Source: Hypanus sabinus
Taxonomy: Eukaryota
DNA: 64,000 nucleotides
Assembly (NCBI RefSeq): GCF_030144855.1
Contig: NC_082727.1
Coordinates: forward strand, 20,460,001 to 20,524,000
Direction: 5' to 3'
Part shown: positions 63,620 to 64,000 of the stretch, piece by piece
How positions within the stretch are numbered: the stretch's first letter is position 1
How the letters are laid out: every line of letters begins with the position of its first letter
Program-made: the position numbers and the translations under genes
The notes under the pieces: model-generated
Database searches by the model: none
Seen by the model: only the letters and a program-made list of their open reading frames with translations
Told to the model about the DNA's origin: nothing

Positions 63620-63935
63620 GTACCATGGAGATCAGGAAGGTTACTACCAGGATGACCTGCGAGTGCTGGCTGGGCTGTCCAAGAAAGAACACATGCAGGG
63701 TAACGAGACGGTTCTAGACTTCCGGACCAGCAAGTTTGTGCTGCGCATCTCGCGTGACTCCTACCAGTGCCTGAAACGCCACCTGCAGGAGAGGCACAAC
63801 AACCAGATCTGGAACATTGTGCAGGAGCACCTGTTCATCGACGTCTTTGATGGGATGCCCAGGAGCAAGCAGCAGATTGAGTTAACGTCTGGAGGAATGG
63901 CAGGCGAGGCCAAGAGGGAGGCCAATAAAACCAAG
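63620..63935 (+). CDS. TAF5: TAF5 second coding exon (gene continues beyond the window)
   Basis: Manual translation YHGDQEGYYQDDLRVLAGLSKKEHMQGNETVLDFRTSKFVLRISRDSYQCLKRHLQE..IWNIVQEHLFIDVFDGMPRSKQQI..GEAKREANKTK; 316 nt with AG/GT boundaries. Confidence 0.96.
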
Positions 63936-64000
63936 GTGGGCACTTGGTGGTCTTCATTCTTTGTCGGATCAGTAGGGAGTTCTGGACCTGAGTTCCCATT

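Overview
Eukaryotic genomic DNA, most likely from a cartilaginous fish (inferred from the repeat families, not proven). Three intron-containing genes can be reconstructed by hand. (1) TLX1/HOX11 (+): 3 coding exons, 254-12743, 302 aa, complete. (2) A solitary pancreatic-lipase-family gene (-): 11 coding exons traced from 53244 to 34854 (449 codons, no stops or frameshifts), terminal exon unresolved, with a probable short non-coding exon 1 and TATA/PTF1-like promoter at ~56520-56610. (3) The 5' part of TAF5 (+): from 60505, running off the window. The rest is decayed CR1-like and Rex1/Babar-like LINEs, V-SINE-like SINEs, Penelope-like elements, a solo LTR with TSD, DNA-transposon remnants, minisatellites and repeat-free putative regulatory blocks. 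The main finding is that the lipase has the nucleophile elbow G-H-G-L-G instead of G-H-S-L-G, plus further active-site changes, while ORF, splice sites, disulfides, lid and promoter motifs are kept: a candidate lipase pseudoenzyme. A second finding is a dispersed repeat family whose copies reconstruct a minimal hammerhead ribozyme, one copy being attached to a GIY-YIG Penelope remnant. Comparisons with human genes are from memory; no searches were run, and repeat boundaries are approximate.
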